Source: Camelus ferus
Lineage: Eukaryota
Reading direction: 5' to 3'
DNA: 64,000 nt
Assembly: GCF_009834535.1 (NCBI RefSeq)
Contig: NC_045696.1
Span: 73,906,001 to 73,970,000 of the forward strand
Numbering within the stretch: position 1 is the stretch's first letter; every line of letters starts with the position of its first letter. The position numbers and the translations under genes were made by a program. The notes below the pieces were generated by a model. That model was not told where the DNA came from. It did not search any database and was given only the letters and a program-made list of their open reading frames with translations. Below are positions 51,816-64,000 of the stretch, piece after piece.

Positions 51816-53282
51816 AACCAAACAAGTAGGAAACCATTACTGGTAACTAAAGCCATGCTGTAGGTCAAGTATTGGCACTGAAGTATACAGGACATGAAAA
51901 TACATGATCAACTGAGGTCCTGTGTAAACTTAGTATGATCTTGATTTAGCCCAGAATTATACAGACTGACTTTTCCTAGTAATTTACAAAGAATTTTCTA
52001 CAGAAAATTTTCCCCCAAAATTCACTGTTAAAAGTTGGAAATACCAAGGCATATATGTATATCACAACCAGCCTATAGACAGAATAATTATTAGATCATG
52101 CTCACAAGTCTCTGCTGTGAAAAGTCAGAATTAGAAAGTTTGGAAACAGAGCTGTGAAAGGACTTTGCAAAATAGTTTCAGTTTTTAGAAAGAAGGAAAA
52201 AGTAATTATTATAAAACAAATTTAAAAAAACCAGTGGCTTCAATGTGATCACTTCTGTGTCAGATTGGATGAGGGGAATAAGGGACCAAAGACGATTAAC
52301 ATTTCTGGCTTGGATAACAGAATAGATGGCATTGCCATTCACTCAGCTAAAAAAAAATCAATATGTGAATACTAAGACAACCATATCTAAGTAGGTACTT
52401 GCTATGTATCTAATGAGAAAGTGAAAAGCTGTTCCAATCACTTAGGTCCAAGTAGAAATTCATATCGGTTAAAAACAAATATTACAAAATTTCATTAACA
52501 TGGAATTCTGGAATGATCATACAAACTGGAATGGTCAGGCAAATTCATGAAACAGAAAAGAGATGATTCTATTTTAAAAAGTAGTGAAAAGATGCTATTA
52601 ACTATAAACTGGCCTTTAATTATTAAAACTGGTTATTACCAAATTATTTATATTTGAAGTATTATGTTTCTTCAAAGCATTTTATGAATTAGACTAGTCT
52701 GTTACTCATTAAATATTTACGATACAACTACTATGCCAAGTATTATGCCAGCATCTTGGGATAGTAACATAGGTTATAGGGTTTGTTTTTAATGTTTTGC
52801 TCTTCCATTTAATCTAAGTTTGTGGTTTTACTAGACAAAATAGAGCAAATAAGCTGAATACAACAGTGACAACTTATTCACAATTAACTATAGAGTTCTC
52901 AATTTATATTTCAGGCATTATATTACTAGAATGATGGAATGAATTAGAAATTAAATTTCTTTCTATTAAAACAAAAACTTCTAGTGCATGTCTAAGAAAA
53001 GAATATTACCTAATTGCTTGTACCTTTACTCTTCTATTTCTATATAACAAGAATTAATATTCAGAACAGTGAACTCAAGACACTAAAATATCTCCAATCA
53101 TAAAGAGTCTAAGTAATAAGTAAGGAAAAAAGGACTAAGAAAACATTTTCAACCAAAATTTAAACTAAGGGTATCCGAATTAAGTTGAGTTAAAGATGCT
53201 ATTTCCTTACATTAAGTTCAAGATTTTATAATAGTTGGTTGAAATATTAGATCCCTACTATTGAACAAAATCTGACACTTAC

Positions 53283-53405
53283 TGCCCTCCTCTTTCTACA
53301 AGTGTCTGGCAGAGGTATTTTCTTGCATTCCTGTGAGTTGGACAGTTTTCCAATGCAAGCTCAAAATCTTCTATTGCTTTGTTCAGACTTCCTTTTGTTG
53401 CATAT
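53283..53405 (-). CDS. TTC14: TTC14 exon 9, TPR ([24 protein letters not shown]...ERGG)
   Basis: tag|A...CA|gtaagt; 123 bp. Confidence 0.96.
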
Positions 53406-53508
53406 CTATAGATATGAAAAAAATTAGAGGAATTCATCTTGTAAGCTATTCATAAATCTTGTACACATTTATGTTGTAAATAATCCTTAAAACCCATGAC
53501 CCACTTAC

Positions 53509-53628
53509 AATGCTCCACGAGCTACTAATGCTTCCACATTTTGTTTGTCTATTTCCAGAGCCTTATTGTATTCATTCATAGCATCCACATGGCGTCCAAC
53601 CTTAAAATAATCAACTCCAATCTTCACA
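53509..53628 (-). CDS. TTC14: TTC14 exon 8, TPR ([25 protein letters not shown]...ARGA)
   Basis: tag|T...TT|gtaagt; 120 bp. Confidence 0.96.
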
Positions 53629-54041
53629 CTAAAAAGATATTTGTCAAGCAAACGTAAATATTTCACAGACTATCCAAACAAAATGTTACCATGGGTAAAT
53701 TTTTAAAGCATATCAAATTTAGTTAATATTTAGTCTTCGATATTCTCAATATAACTAAAAGCATTCTGTCTTTGGATAATTTTATAACAAATATTTATGA
53801 AATCCAGATACCAGTATACTAATTCCTTTTTAAAAAAAATAAGAAATGTTGGCTAAAACTTAAATTTTTAAAGTTTATGACATAACACCGTTTACACCTG
53901 TAAAATAGCTAATGTCAAAAAGGTTATCAATTTGAATTCATTTATAAACAAATTTGGTCTTAATGATGACACAAGCATGCTTGCCTTACTTGAACCTTTT
54001 AGACTAGATAACACAATGGTGGAAAGACAAAGTTTTCATAC

Positions 54042-54113
54042 CATTTTAAAGCCCAAGATGCAGACTGTTTCTTTCTTAATGCAGAAGCAAAATCGTCTTC
54101 AGAGAAATTTTTG
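54042..54113 (-). CDS. TTC14: TTC14 exon 7 ([23 protein letters not shown])
   Basis: tag|C...TG|gtatga; 72 bp. Confidence 0.95.
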
Positions 54114-54558
54114 CTATTAAAGAAAACAAAAGTCAAACTGTAAATGCTTTTTTGGGTAACTATATTTCACTCTGCCCAGACAAATGAAAACTGAACACTA
54201 AAAAATGAATCCCAAGCAAGAAACTGGTATTCCATTTACAAAGCAAAATTCCTGAACCCTCAGGAATGACTATTACTGTTAAATAGTATTTTTCTTAAGC
54301 ATACACACAAAACTGATCAATTTTCTGCATCTTTCTTCACATCTTGTAAGTTTTTTCTGCATCCTCTTGGTCACATGATACACATCAAGCAGTGTTAAAA
54401 TACTCCATTCCAGAAGGAGATAGGATCACCTAGTTCCTTCAAACTTCGGCATATTGCTGCCATCTGGCTTAGGATAATCAAAAATGTCCCTCAGTTAAGT
54501 AGCTTTTGACCTCAGCACTCATCTCACCACTTAATAGAATAATGCTTATTTACTATAC

Positions 54559-54714
54559 CTCTGGAGGCCTCTCATTAAAGACGGTGGGTTGGATTCATCG
54601 ATTCCTAGTTTTCCTAGAAGGAATTCAACTACTCCTGGATTAACAAATCCCAGGGAACTCTGCATGATATTCTCATAGGATTCCAAAGAATTGCTATTTA
54701 GTTCAACGCTTCTC
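54559..54714 (-). CDS. TTC14: TTC14 exon 6 ([15 protein letters not shown]...LMRGLQ)
   Basis: aag|G...AG|gtatag; 156 bp. Confidence 0.95.
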
Positions 54715-55024
54715 CTTGAGAAAAAAAGAAAGAAAATGTATGATTAACACAATTAGCATGTCCCACTTCTATTCAAGAACTAACATTATCACATAGGGTT
54801 TAAATACTCAGACCATTTTTGTACATGAAGGTGTGGCATTATTGTGATTTGATTCCTTTTATCAAGTTTGAAGAAATTAAAAAGTTATAAAAATAAAACA
54901 AGCATATTTTGAAATAAGAGAAAGTAAGATTCTACTTTCTTGTTAGAAATTGGACAAAATTTGTTATTTTTTAGCCAAGAAGCAGTTTTGCAATTAACTT
55001 GTTGAGACAATGTGGATAAATTAC

Positions 55025-55154
55025 CTGTAGTACAAAGGAAGTTCTTCAGAACTAATTACACCTAATTTAATACCAGATAGGTATGGTGGAAGAGATGAGC
55101 TATACAGAGATACTGCAAGCTTTTCATGATATCTGTCAATATCCTTGATTCCAG
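55025..55154 (-). CDS. TTC14: TTC14 exon 5 ([16 protein letters not shown]...ELPLYY)
   Basis: aag|CT...AG|gtaatt; 130 bp. Confidence 0.95.
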
Positions 55155-55250
55155 CTTTAAAAATAAGAAAATTAAGTTGATTAAAAGGCAATGCAAACTA
55201 AAATAACTATGACAACTGTCACTTTTTACTAACATGATAAAACTGATCAC

Positions 55251-55335
55251 CTCGAATGATGTCACCAGTTTGATAATATGATAAAGGATCGCCGTGGTTA
55301 CTGAGAGAAGGTACATCTCTTAATGGACACAGAGC
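55251..55335 (-). CDS. TTC14: TTC14 exon 4 ([10 protein letters not shown]...TGDIIR)
   Basis: cag|GCT...G|gtgatc; 85 bp. Confidence 0.95.
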
Positions 55336-56286
55336 CTGAAATGAGAAGTATTTTAAAACACCAGACATTCCATTCTTTGGTAGGAAGTGTCTTCTTTTAT
55401 TCTAGTTGTTCAGTAGAAACAGCAAATAGTTGACAGGAACATTAAGGAAACAACTAGCACCCTAAAGTCTAAATTTAAATAAGGATTTTAATAATTTCTG
55501 TGCCCAGACACAATAAAACAATGGTACTGTTCAAAAACTAACATCTCATGAAATTTGCAATTAGTTTTAGGAACCAAATGTAAGTATGGATTATGAAACA
55601 AAAAGATACTTTATGCTTGTTAAATATAAAACTAAAATTTGTCCAGAAAGCACGAGTTCCAATGAAAATGAAATGTGAATTCTCCAGAGTTTAGATCTGT
55701 TATCCAGTTTGTGATACCTTCTGCTTTTCTTCCCTTTTCATCTGCCTTTTATATTATCAAATCCTTTAAAGTGATATGTTGAACCTTTTACATTAAAGTG
55801 ACATATTACTTCAAATTCAGGTCTATTCATCTTGGGCAAAGTATCTCATTATAATGTACAAATTACTTAATTACTGTAAATATATAAATAGGACAGGAAT
55901 TTGTTTCTAAATTATCCACATGCAAGTATCTAATGCTGAATACTAAGTAATTGAAGATGTGTTCAGCAACCTCAGGCTACCAGTCAATCTTACCATGTCC
56001 ACTGATATCTCTTGGAGCATTTGTTTTAAAAAGGACCCCACGGGTGCCAACCAAAGGTACCAAAAAACCCCAAAAACTAGAAATGGTGGAGGAAACTGTA
56101 AATAACTCTATTACTACTAATTTTTTAAAAAGAAAAGGTGCTTTATTTCTCTCCAATTAACACTTATTTAATTCTCAAAACTATGTCTGCAGGGTACACT
56201 TAATTACAACTGATGCAAAGACATAATTCTTGCATTGAGATGACACTTTATCAAAATCAGAAACAACTGGAAAGTGAGTAACTTAC

Positions 56287-56486
56287 TGTGATTTCTAAGT
56301 GCGATATATCTCTCATGATGCCACTGCCTAAACAAATCAACACCATGAAAAACCCAAATTCCCGAATGGAACTAATTCTTCCAATCACTATATCACCACG
56401 CTCAATATCTCGGAAAAATAGCTCTCTCCGGTCCATACTGGGTATCTCCATGAATTGCTCTAAAGGTGGCATGACTGCATAATGAT
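56287..56486 (-). CDS. TTC14: TTC14 exon 3 ([13 protein letters not shown]...S1-like domain...HLEIT)
   Basis: cag|AT...ACA|gtaagt; 200 bp; lies within ORF 56257..56538. Confidence 0.96.
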
Positions 56487-56591
56487 CTGAAAAAATAATT
56501 AACAAAATTACTAACAATAGCTTCCTGTTCTGCTTCATCTGAAGTGCTGTTAAACCAAACCGCAGTCAAAAGATTTTAAGACTAAACTAAC

Positions 56592-56716
56592 CTTCACTGT
56601 CTTCATTAACTTCAGAAGCTGTAGGTACATCTGATTTCCAGGAAAGTGCAAAAAGCAGATCCGCTTTTTTGGAAATGAATTTTTGTATTTCAATGTTGTC
56701 AACTCTCTTCTCTTTT
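56592..56716 (-). CDS. TTC14: TTC14 exon 2 ([27 protein letters not shown]...EDSE)
   Basis: aag|A...G|gttagt; 125 bp. Confidence 0.95.
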
Positions 56717-56769
56717 CTTAAAAAGAAGCAGAATTTATGAAAACTGGTTTATCTGCAAGACCTTTTAGT

Positions 56770-57640
56770 ACGTGCAAGCTTCTGCTCACGGCTTTCATCG
56801 CCCAAACGGGTCCAGTCTAAGCTCTTGGGCGTACATCTGGCCGTACATCCTCCAGGAAAAAGTTTTAACCAGGGATTCCCTCATTCGCCAGTTTGTAGGT
56901 GGAGGGCGGGGAAACTTAAAAAGTGCCACCCGCGCAGTTCCAAATAGGAACACCCGAGGGATTTTAGCTAAAGAATCCGCATCTTTGCACGCACTACCAG
57001 ATTTAAAAAATTCAGCCCGCATCCCGCATTGCCCTCACACCAGGAGGGCGGACCCCTCCTCCATCCTGCCCTCCGAACCAGCGCCGCAGTCCTAACGTGC
57101 TCATGGCCACCGCTCGGCTCCTTCAGGACTCAGGACGCTGCGGTAGTGGAGCCAAGAGCTGCGTCCCCTCCCCCGTCTCGCAGCGGCGCCGCCGTCCCAT
57201 TACCTGCCCTGTAACTGCTGCTGGGACGGCGGGCCCCGGGCAGGTTCGGCCACCGACCCCAGGAGACTCCGGAAGTGCGAATTGTCCTGCTGTTCGCTGC
57301 GAAGCAGGGAGAGCAATGACGGCCCGTGGAAATTCAGTGACTGCCGCAGAAGGTCCCGGTCCATGGTTGAAGATTGCCGGGCCCAGTGACTGATGGGCTG
57401 CCAGCCTCCCGTTCCGTACCCTCTACTTCAGCCGGGTGGTCCCAGCCTGGAAGCCGCCGGATGCACACATCACAGACACTTACAGACTGGCCTCCCGGAA
57501 GTGTTCTGGGGCCGCCCTCAGCTGCGCCTCCGCGGAGCTCTGCCTCGGTCTCGCGAAGTTGAGCGAGACTACGGAAGCCGGGAGGATTGGGCCAGGCTTT
57601 TCCGGAGCTAAGGGCAACTGCGGCTTTGAGGTAGCGATTC
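56770..57640. promoter_or_regulatory. CpG island / TTC14 promoter and exon 1
   Basis: GC- and CpG-rich stretch in an otherwise AT-rich window; spans the TTC14 ATG; ETS motif CCGGAAGT at 57495-57502. Confidence 0.88.
57204..57364 (-). CDS. TTC14: TTC14 coding exon 1 ([28 protein letters not shown]...LQG)
   Basis: ATG in strong Kozak context (tcaaccATGG) at 57364; donor AG|gtaatg; 161 bp. Confidence 0.95.
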
Positions 57641-60168
57641 TTGTGGCAAGCTTGGTTTTTAAAACTTCTGAGGTGATGTTACATTGAAATGGCCCAGCTC
57701 TAATCTGTGGTAAATAATAGCTTATCCTCTTATTTAGTGAGGCGCTTCTAAGTGCCAGTGTTAGGATGAGAACCTCAAACGGGTTGCAAAGTTTCTTTCC
57801 TTGAAGTATTCGCTAACTTACTTTCTACGCGTCAGGCATAACCACGTTAAAACGACTGCTCAGGGAGATTTTGTGGTAGGCTAAAGGGCAGAAAAAAGGA
57901 AGGACACTAACATTTATTAAGCACTGAAGTTGTGTTCTCCATCTGTACCCTGTTCACTATTAGTGACTTTAGAGTTAAAACCAGAATGGCGTTAACGCCT
58001 AGATATGTGCATGTATACATTCTTTTTTATTTCAAGTGGTTTCTCAAAATTTAGGGCCCACAAGGTCTACTTACAGTCGTGTTGTGTTCGAAAGTCTGTA
58101 TACTGTACTTCTGGGTAATTCAAGTGATTTTCAAAAGTGGTTGTGACTTAGGCTCCCCCCCTGCCCCTTACATACTGGCTTGAGAACCTCACCTCTGTAC
58201 CTTACTGTACTCTCATTTTAGAGATTGAGGAAACAGGCCCAGAGACTCCCAATAAATTACTCAATGTCACCCAGCTGGGTGACAACCTAGGTCTGAAAAG
58301 ATCTTCACCGGCAGAGTTGCTGGAGAGAGTATTTTTATCATATAGAAAGCCTAACTTACACTTACATTGAGATAAGGTGGCTTGGTCTTATTACAGTATG
58401 TTAAAAAAAAATCTATACTACTTAAAAAAGTGTAGTTTAGTATAGTCCTCTTGAACAAAAATAAAAAGCAGTAGTTATTCTGCCTCCTCTCCAGCTATGT
58501 CTATTTGGGGAGATCAGTTTGCCCTTCAGTGTCTCACCACCTGAATAGAAGACCCAGCCAGAATATAGTGAATGCCTTCACAGTATTTTGTGGAAAATCC
58601 AGGCAAATAGGTAAATAGTTTACTAAGACTTGAGAAAATGCAATAAAGAAGAATAAGTTTAAAAAGTAATAAATGTTAAGCCTTTAGGGGCACATCAGTA
58701 AAGTTTAATCAGTGGTACAGACTGATTTGTGTTAAGCGATGCAACTCTAGAGAATTTCTGTTATTAGGAAAGAGGGTGCTGACACTGAAAAGAAAAGCTG
58801 ACCACTAAAAATGAACTATATATATGGACATTTTAGTTAATATGTTATTAATGATCTAATTATCTCTGGAGGGACTGAGAAGCTAGTGTCTGAGCCAGAT
58901 GCCAGACAGTGGCAGTCTGAGAATGCCACCTTGTGATGTCCTTCTTGAGTAGCAATGTGCCTTCATCACTATGGGATCTGGCTACTCTTTCCTAATTCCA
59001 ACACCAAAGTAACCTTCAACCACCCCATATCTTGAACATTTAAAGTTGCTGTGGTTTAGCCATGAAAATAGGAGAAAGTAGCTGCTTTTAGAGGGTAAGC
59101 GGTGTTCATCAAGAGTGACATTTATTGGAAGCTAGCAGTATACACAGTAGTGACAGAAAATAAAATTCAAGCAGATGTAATCAAAACTCAGGCAGGTGTT
59201 TTCTATCTTTGGTTAGTGCTGGCCTGGAGGTAGTGATAGTAGCTAAGTGCCAGAAGCCACACTGTTCTTCACTTTCCAAATACCTCTCCCACAGCAGGGA
59301 ATTGAGCCCTTTCTGATTACAGTTGTATTTGAATTCATTTTCTCCTGGGTTAGACCCTTTGACTTTGAAGGGGACAGAGCACTGAATTTTTGAGGTAGGA
59401 CTGGAGGGAGTGAGGAGAGAAAGTGAGGGAACTAGTTTTGCTTCTTATTTTGGAGAAACCAATCCCACACTTGGGGTTTCTCAAGGTGGACATAGAAAGA
59501 GAAAACTTTTTTTTTTCACTTCTTACTTTAATTTTTTGGTTGCTGGCTTGAGCTTTAAAAATATTTTTTAAATGTTTTCAAAATAATTTTTCCACATTAA
59601 GCAGTATGAATGATAAAGTGAATATATAGGAGAGGAAAAGGGCAGGGCATTCAAGACAATCAGATCTTTAGGATCTGCATCCTGGGCCTATTTTTATTGT
59701 GACATCAAATTCTGTTTCTAAATAAATAAGTATGTACATCTTTTAACAAATGCTTTCTAGGCCCTGGAGATATAAAGGTGAAAAAAAAACACCTGTTTTT
59801 TCCGTGGCACACAGTTCAATGAAGAGTAGATATAAGAAGAAACAGATATGGCACAGTGGTAAGTACTATTGTTGTGGACACCTGCTACGTGTCTGCTTAG
59901 CTCCCTTTTTTTTCCCCCAGGGGATGAGGTAGTGGGAATTGATGAAGGTAAGAGAGGAGAGGATGGCGTAAAGTATGTGCGTTTCAGGATGAGGGAGCAA
60001 TATAATTAAAGAAGTAGAGATGTGAAAAAACAAGATGCTTCCTGGAGACTGCAACACTGAAACTGAGGTAGGTAGGGATGTTTTAGTTATGGACATTTTA
60101 ATTATATGTGTCATTTCAGGTAGGTTATAGATTGGTGGGAAGAGATCCCTTGTTGCCTTTGTGTGGGT

Positions 60169-60170
<2 letters not shown>

Positions 60171-60200
<30 letters not shown>
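60171..60200. repeat. (AC)n microsatellite
   Basis: 15 AC units. Confidence 0.95.
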
Positions 60201-60202
<2 letters not shown>

Positions 60203-62397
60203 AGATTAAATGCCTGATTTATTTAGCAAGGAACACAAAAACTTAACTCAACCAAGGCAGCCACATGAAGGAGAAGCAGCAGCATATCACAAAGTAGCTT
60301 TTCTTGGATCCCCCAGTTTTTCCAAAATAACATGTGTATCTGCAAGTGACACTGTGTGCAAAAGGTAAAGTATCTGGATCTCAGAAACTTGTATATTACC
60401 ATTTGGAAAGGATTTACACAAATAATCTATGACTGTATAACAAATACCTGTAGACAGGTTCTTTCTAGCTCTTGACTCTAATGGAAACAATTTCAGCAAA
60501 GCCTATCCTCATCTGGGGTTAAGGATGGGATGTGTGGATCAGGAAAGTGTGGGTAGAACTGAACAAGATCCTGGGATTATATTAATACATCTCCCTTTAA
60601 TTTTTCAGCATCTCTTTTTCTTACAAAAAATTCCTTTTTGTGGCTTAAGCCACCTTGAGTGAATTTATAGTTTGGAACCAAAAGAATCTCGACCAACTAG
60701 TCTCTGCTCTAGTTTCTACTCTAACATTTAAAAAATGAATAAACAGATATGCAGAGCTTAATAATTTGTTCAAAAACTAACTTTAGAATCCATACTATCT
60801 TTATGTCTATCCAGTATACTTTTTACCATGCTGTACAGTTTAGAGGGTCAACTGAAACCATGCTCCTTAAGGATGTGGTTTATAAATATATATGCATGGA
60901 ACTTATGTTATTTAAGAAATATCTATTAATATCCAAAGATAACCTTGAATCTTTTTTCTTATAGTAGAGCTACTTGGTTTCACTCATAAGCACATGGTGC
61001 AAGAGATTTAGATTATATCTTTGCTACCATATAAGGTTGTTAGCTTTGTTCTTTTCAGAGTTCCATTCAAAGTCCCCCTAAGTTGACTCAAGGAAGAATG
61101 AAGAATATTAAATGAAAAGTATGGCTTGACAGCCAAAAATCCATTCTCCTTATTAGAGAAGTAATTCAAACTACAAGACCTTGTGATAAGGGTTGATATA
61201 TCTTTATTCATCCAGTAATTTTGTTTTCACCACCTTTTTTAATTTCTATCACAGACCTCCACACCTCTTTAAGAAAAACGTTGCCAACCTAATATTTAAC
61301 CACTTGAGGGTGCTATAAGATCGTTGTGGATATCAAATTTTCTACCCTTCACCAGAAAACCAGCTGCAATTAAACAAAGAGTCAGGGATGGGAAATTTTT
61401 ACCTATCACATAGAGTCATTTTAAGATAGTTGAGTCTCTAACACCTCCATTTTTCAGTTACTGGTAAATGTTATGAGGATATTATTTTAATGTAAGTCAG
61501 TTCGTATCTCATTGTCTAAGATTGATTAGCTCAGTAATTTTGAATTACTTTTTCCAAGAGGAAAAGATCATTGATTTCAGTTCCAATCTGGGCTGGTTAG
61601 ATTGAGCAGACCCACAGGTGAATACTGCACAACTCCAGGGCAAGGTGGTGGTGGGGGTGTTGGTGCATTTAGAATCCATACACGATCTATGTGGCACTCC
61701 CAGAGATGTGCAATGCTAGACGATACACGGTGGCCACCTGCAGTGCTATTCTCAGCCAGCCATTTGTCCATGTTTGTCTTTGTCTGCAAAAAGGACCTGG
61801 AAATAGAATGAAGATGTTTAAGAGCAAATCCATCACAATTGTTGGAAAAAAAAAACAGTTTAAAGATGTGTGCGATACTCGCAGGGAATAGGTCAGTATG
61901 CTTACCTTCAGACACTTTGTCATGACTGCCTTTTAAATCTTTTTAGATGCAAACATACACACATAAATACACACACACTTCTGAGATTCTCATTTTGTGG
62001 CAGTTTCTCAAAATACTATGCAAGGGAACATGTCTGGATTATAACCAAGAAAAATTGACAGTTTAATTGATGCTGAATATATAGTATTCCTTGTCAAATA
62101 CATTCTGGGTTGGTTTGATATCCATTTTTAATGCAGCTTGGATGTTTCTTTGAAAAAGAGTAATTGATCATCTTTTAATTATTAAACAATAACTCCTTTT
62201 TATTTTATTGATAGCAGCACCGAAGAAGAATTTCAGAGACTAGAAATGTATTATTGCTTTAGTATATTGCCCCCCTTAGTAGAATCCATTGGAAGAGCCA
62301 GCATATCTGAGTAAAGATTTAACTTTGATCTTACTCACGTTAGGTATGACATCTTATTATTGGTAGATATAAAGTGGTCAAATTTCTGAATGCAATT

Positions 62398-62960
62398 AAT
62401 TGAATGAATGAATGAATTCATCTAGTAAATATTTTTTGAGGATTAGACACTGCTTTAGATGTTAGGGATATAATAGTGAAAAAATACACCAAAATTCTGC
62501 CTTTATGGAGGTCACATTCTGGTGGAGGGAGACAGATAATAAGCAATAAACATAATAAGTAAATGTAGTATAAAGTTAAATCAGGGTTAAGGGCACTGGA
62601 AGTACAGAGGGGTGGGTGTAATCCTTTTAAATACAATGGTCAGGGCAGGTCACATTAAGAAGATGACATTTGAGTAAAGACTTGAAGGGATTAGTCATTC
62701 AGCCTATTTGGGAGAAAAGAGTTCCAGGTAGTGGGACCAGCTAGTACAAGGGCCCTAAGGCAGGTAGGTACTTGGTGTGTTGGGAACAGCAAGGAAGACA
62801 GTGTGGCAGGAAAAGGGTGAGCACAGAGGTGCAGGGTTTGTGGGCTATTGGTAGAACTGGCTTTTACTCTTAATGAAACAGGAGTCACTTCAGGGTTTTA
62901 AAGCAGAAAGGCACATTATGACCTTTCATTATAAAAGGATCATTTTGGCTGCCATATAGG
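62398..62960 (-). mobile_element. L2 LINE 3' fragment
   Basis: Follows a (TGAA)n run; cattc...aaatatttt...agacactgctttagatgttagggata...ctgcctttatggaggtcacattct...gacatttgagtaaagacttgaagg. Confidence 0.75.
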
Positions 62961-64000
62961 CTGGAGTTAACTACCTATTGCTCATAATGAGAAGGAGAAT
63001 GTTTTATAGAAGGCTGTCTTTTATTTCTTAGGAAACATAATTTCATTTCAAAATTTACCCACCATTGCATAGAATGAGAATATGAAGTTTCAATGGCTGC
63101 AAGATTAAGAGTGTGAGCAACTATTACCATGAGGTAGGGGGTTATCATAGTGGAAACAGTTTAGCCCAGGAGTCCTGGTTGTGTTTTGGGAGCAGACCAT
63201 CTAATCTCCTAAGCCTCTCTTGTCACCTTTAAAACTAAGGATTTTGATACAATGAACTTTGAGATCTAACCCTTAACATTCTCTGTTCTATGATTAAAAT
63301 AGTCCAAGTGCTAAAACTGCATGTCTCTCTTTAAGCCACTGTTTCTTTTCCTGTGAAATAGGTAGGAATTTCTTTTCCTATCACATTGCATTGCTGATAA
63401 GTGGGGTTCCTACTGTGGATAGTCTCTTTAAATGGATGAGATTCTCTAGTTCCAACTGGTTGTGGATAGAAAAGAGACCACCCACAGAAGTCACAGAGAG
63501 ACATTGTTGGTCAGTCTGAGGAAGTCTAGGTGTGGTAGTTCCATGAGGTAGTCATTGCATTGGGGGATCCTGTTTTTCAAGTGTAGAAATGCAAGTCAGG
63601 CTTGGCAGAGTGATACACACTAACCAAACTAATGAGACACTGATGTAGAAACCACATTGTTGATGTTTAATGGTGAAATATAAATGTCGTGTGCACCAGA
63701 ACCTCATATGGAGTATCAGTATATTCCCCCATGAGAAGCCAGCTTTAGTCAGAAGAAGTTTGTTTGTGAGCCTGGAATTGTAGCAAAAGCAGTCTGTCAG
63801 GTGATGTTAGTGAGTAATTCCATCAAACTACATAATCTTATGCATTCATTTCCTCTATATGAGTATTTCTGCTAAGGCTATCAGATACTCTGCTCACCTA
63901 GCACTCTTCCTTCTCTCTCTCCCCTCCTCCTCTCCTTATGTATATATTTTATAGTCTCCACATATATAATATATATATATGTTATATTCTCCATGTATAT

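Noticed and set aside
56772..57687. Multiple + strand ORFs over the TTC14 promoter
   Set aside because: Expected stop-codon depletion in a GC-rich CpG island; no coding evidence.
61577..62058. Several overlapping short ORFs and a CTCF-like TGGCCACCTGCAGTG
   Set aside because: No recognisable protein or splice-consistent exon, and the motif misfits the CTCF core. A conserved non-coding element cannot be excluded without alignment.
1..64000. CRISPR arrays, operons or other novel multi-gene systems
   Set aside because: This is an ordinary mammalian intron-rich locus. No regularly spaced repeat-spacer array or unexplained long ORF was seen.

Overview
This is mammalian genomic DNA, probably from a camelid (alpaca/camel-type tRNA-derived SINEs; inference). 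It holds two tail-to-tail genes. CCDC39 is on the + strand: coding exons 2-20 at 4303-44797, all GT-AG and in frame, with exon 1 upstream of the window. TTC14 is on the - strand: 12 coding exons at 57364-48246, with a CpG-island promoter. Introns carry L1, MLT1 LTR, hAT/Tigger, MIR/L2 and SINE remnants, a U6-L1 chimeric retrocopy and a 3'-truncated 7SL retrocopy. The most notable anomaly is a +1 frameshift (G4 instead of G3 at 48943-48946) in the last TTC14 exon. It truncates the predicted protein from 770 to 549 aa and is either a homopolymer assembly error or a real allele. TTC14 intron 10 looks like an autoregulatory splicing module (read-through stop, candidate poison exon, weak acceptor). 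I found no evidence of a wholly new biological system. Gene and repeat identities come from my recall of the human proteins and repeat consensuses, not from a database search.
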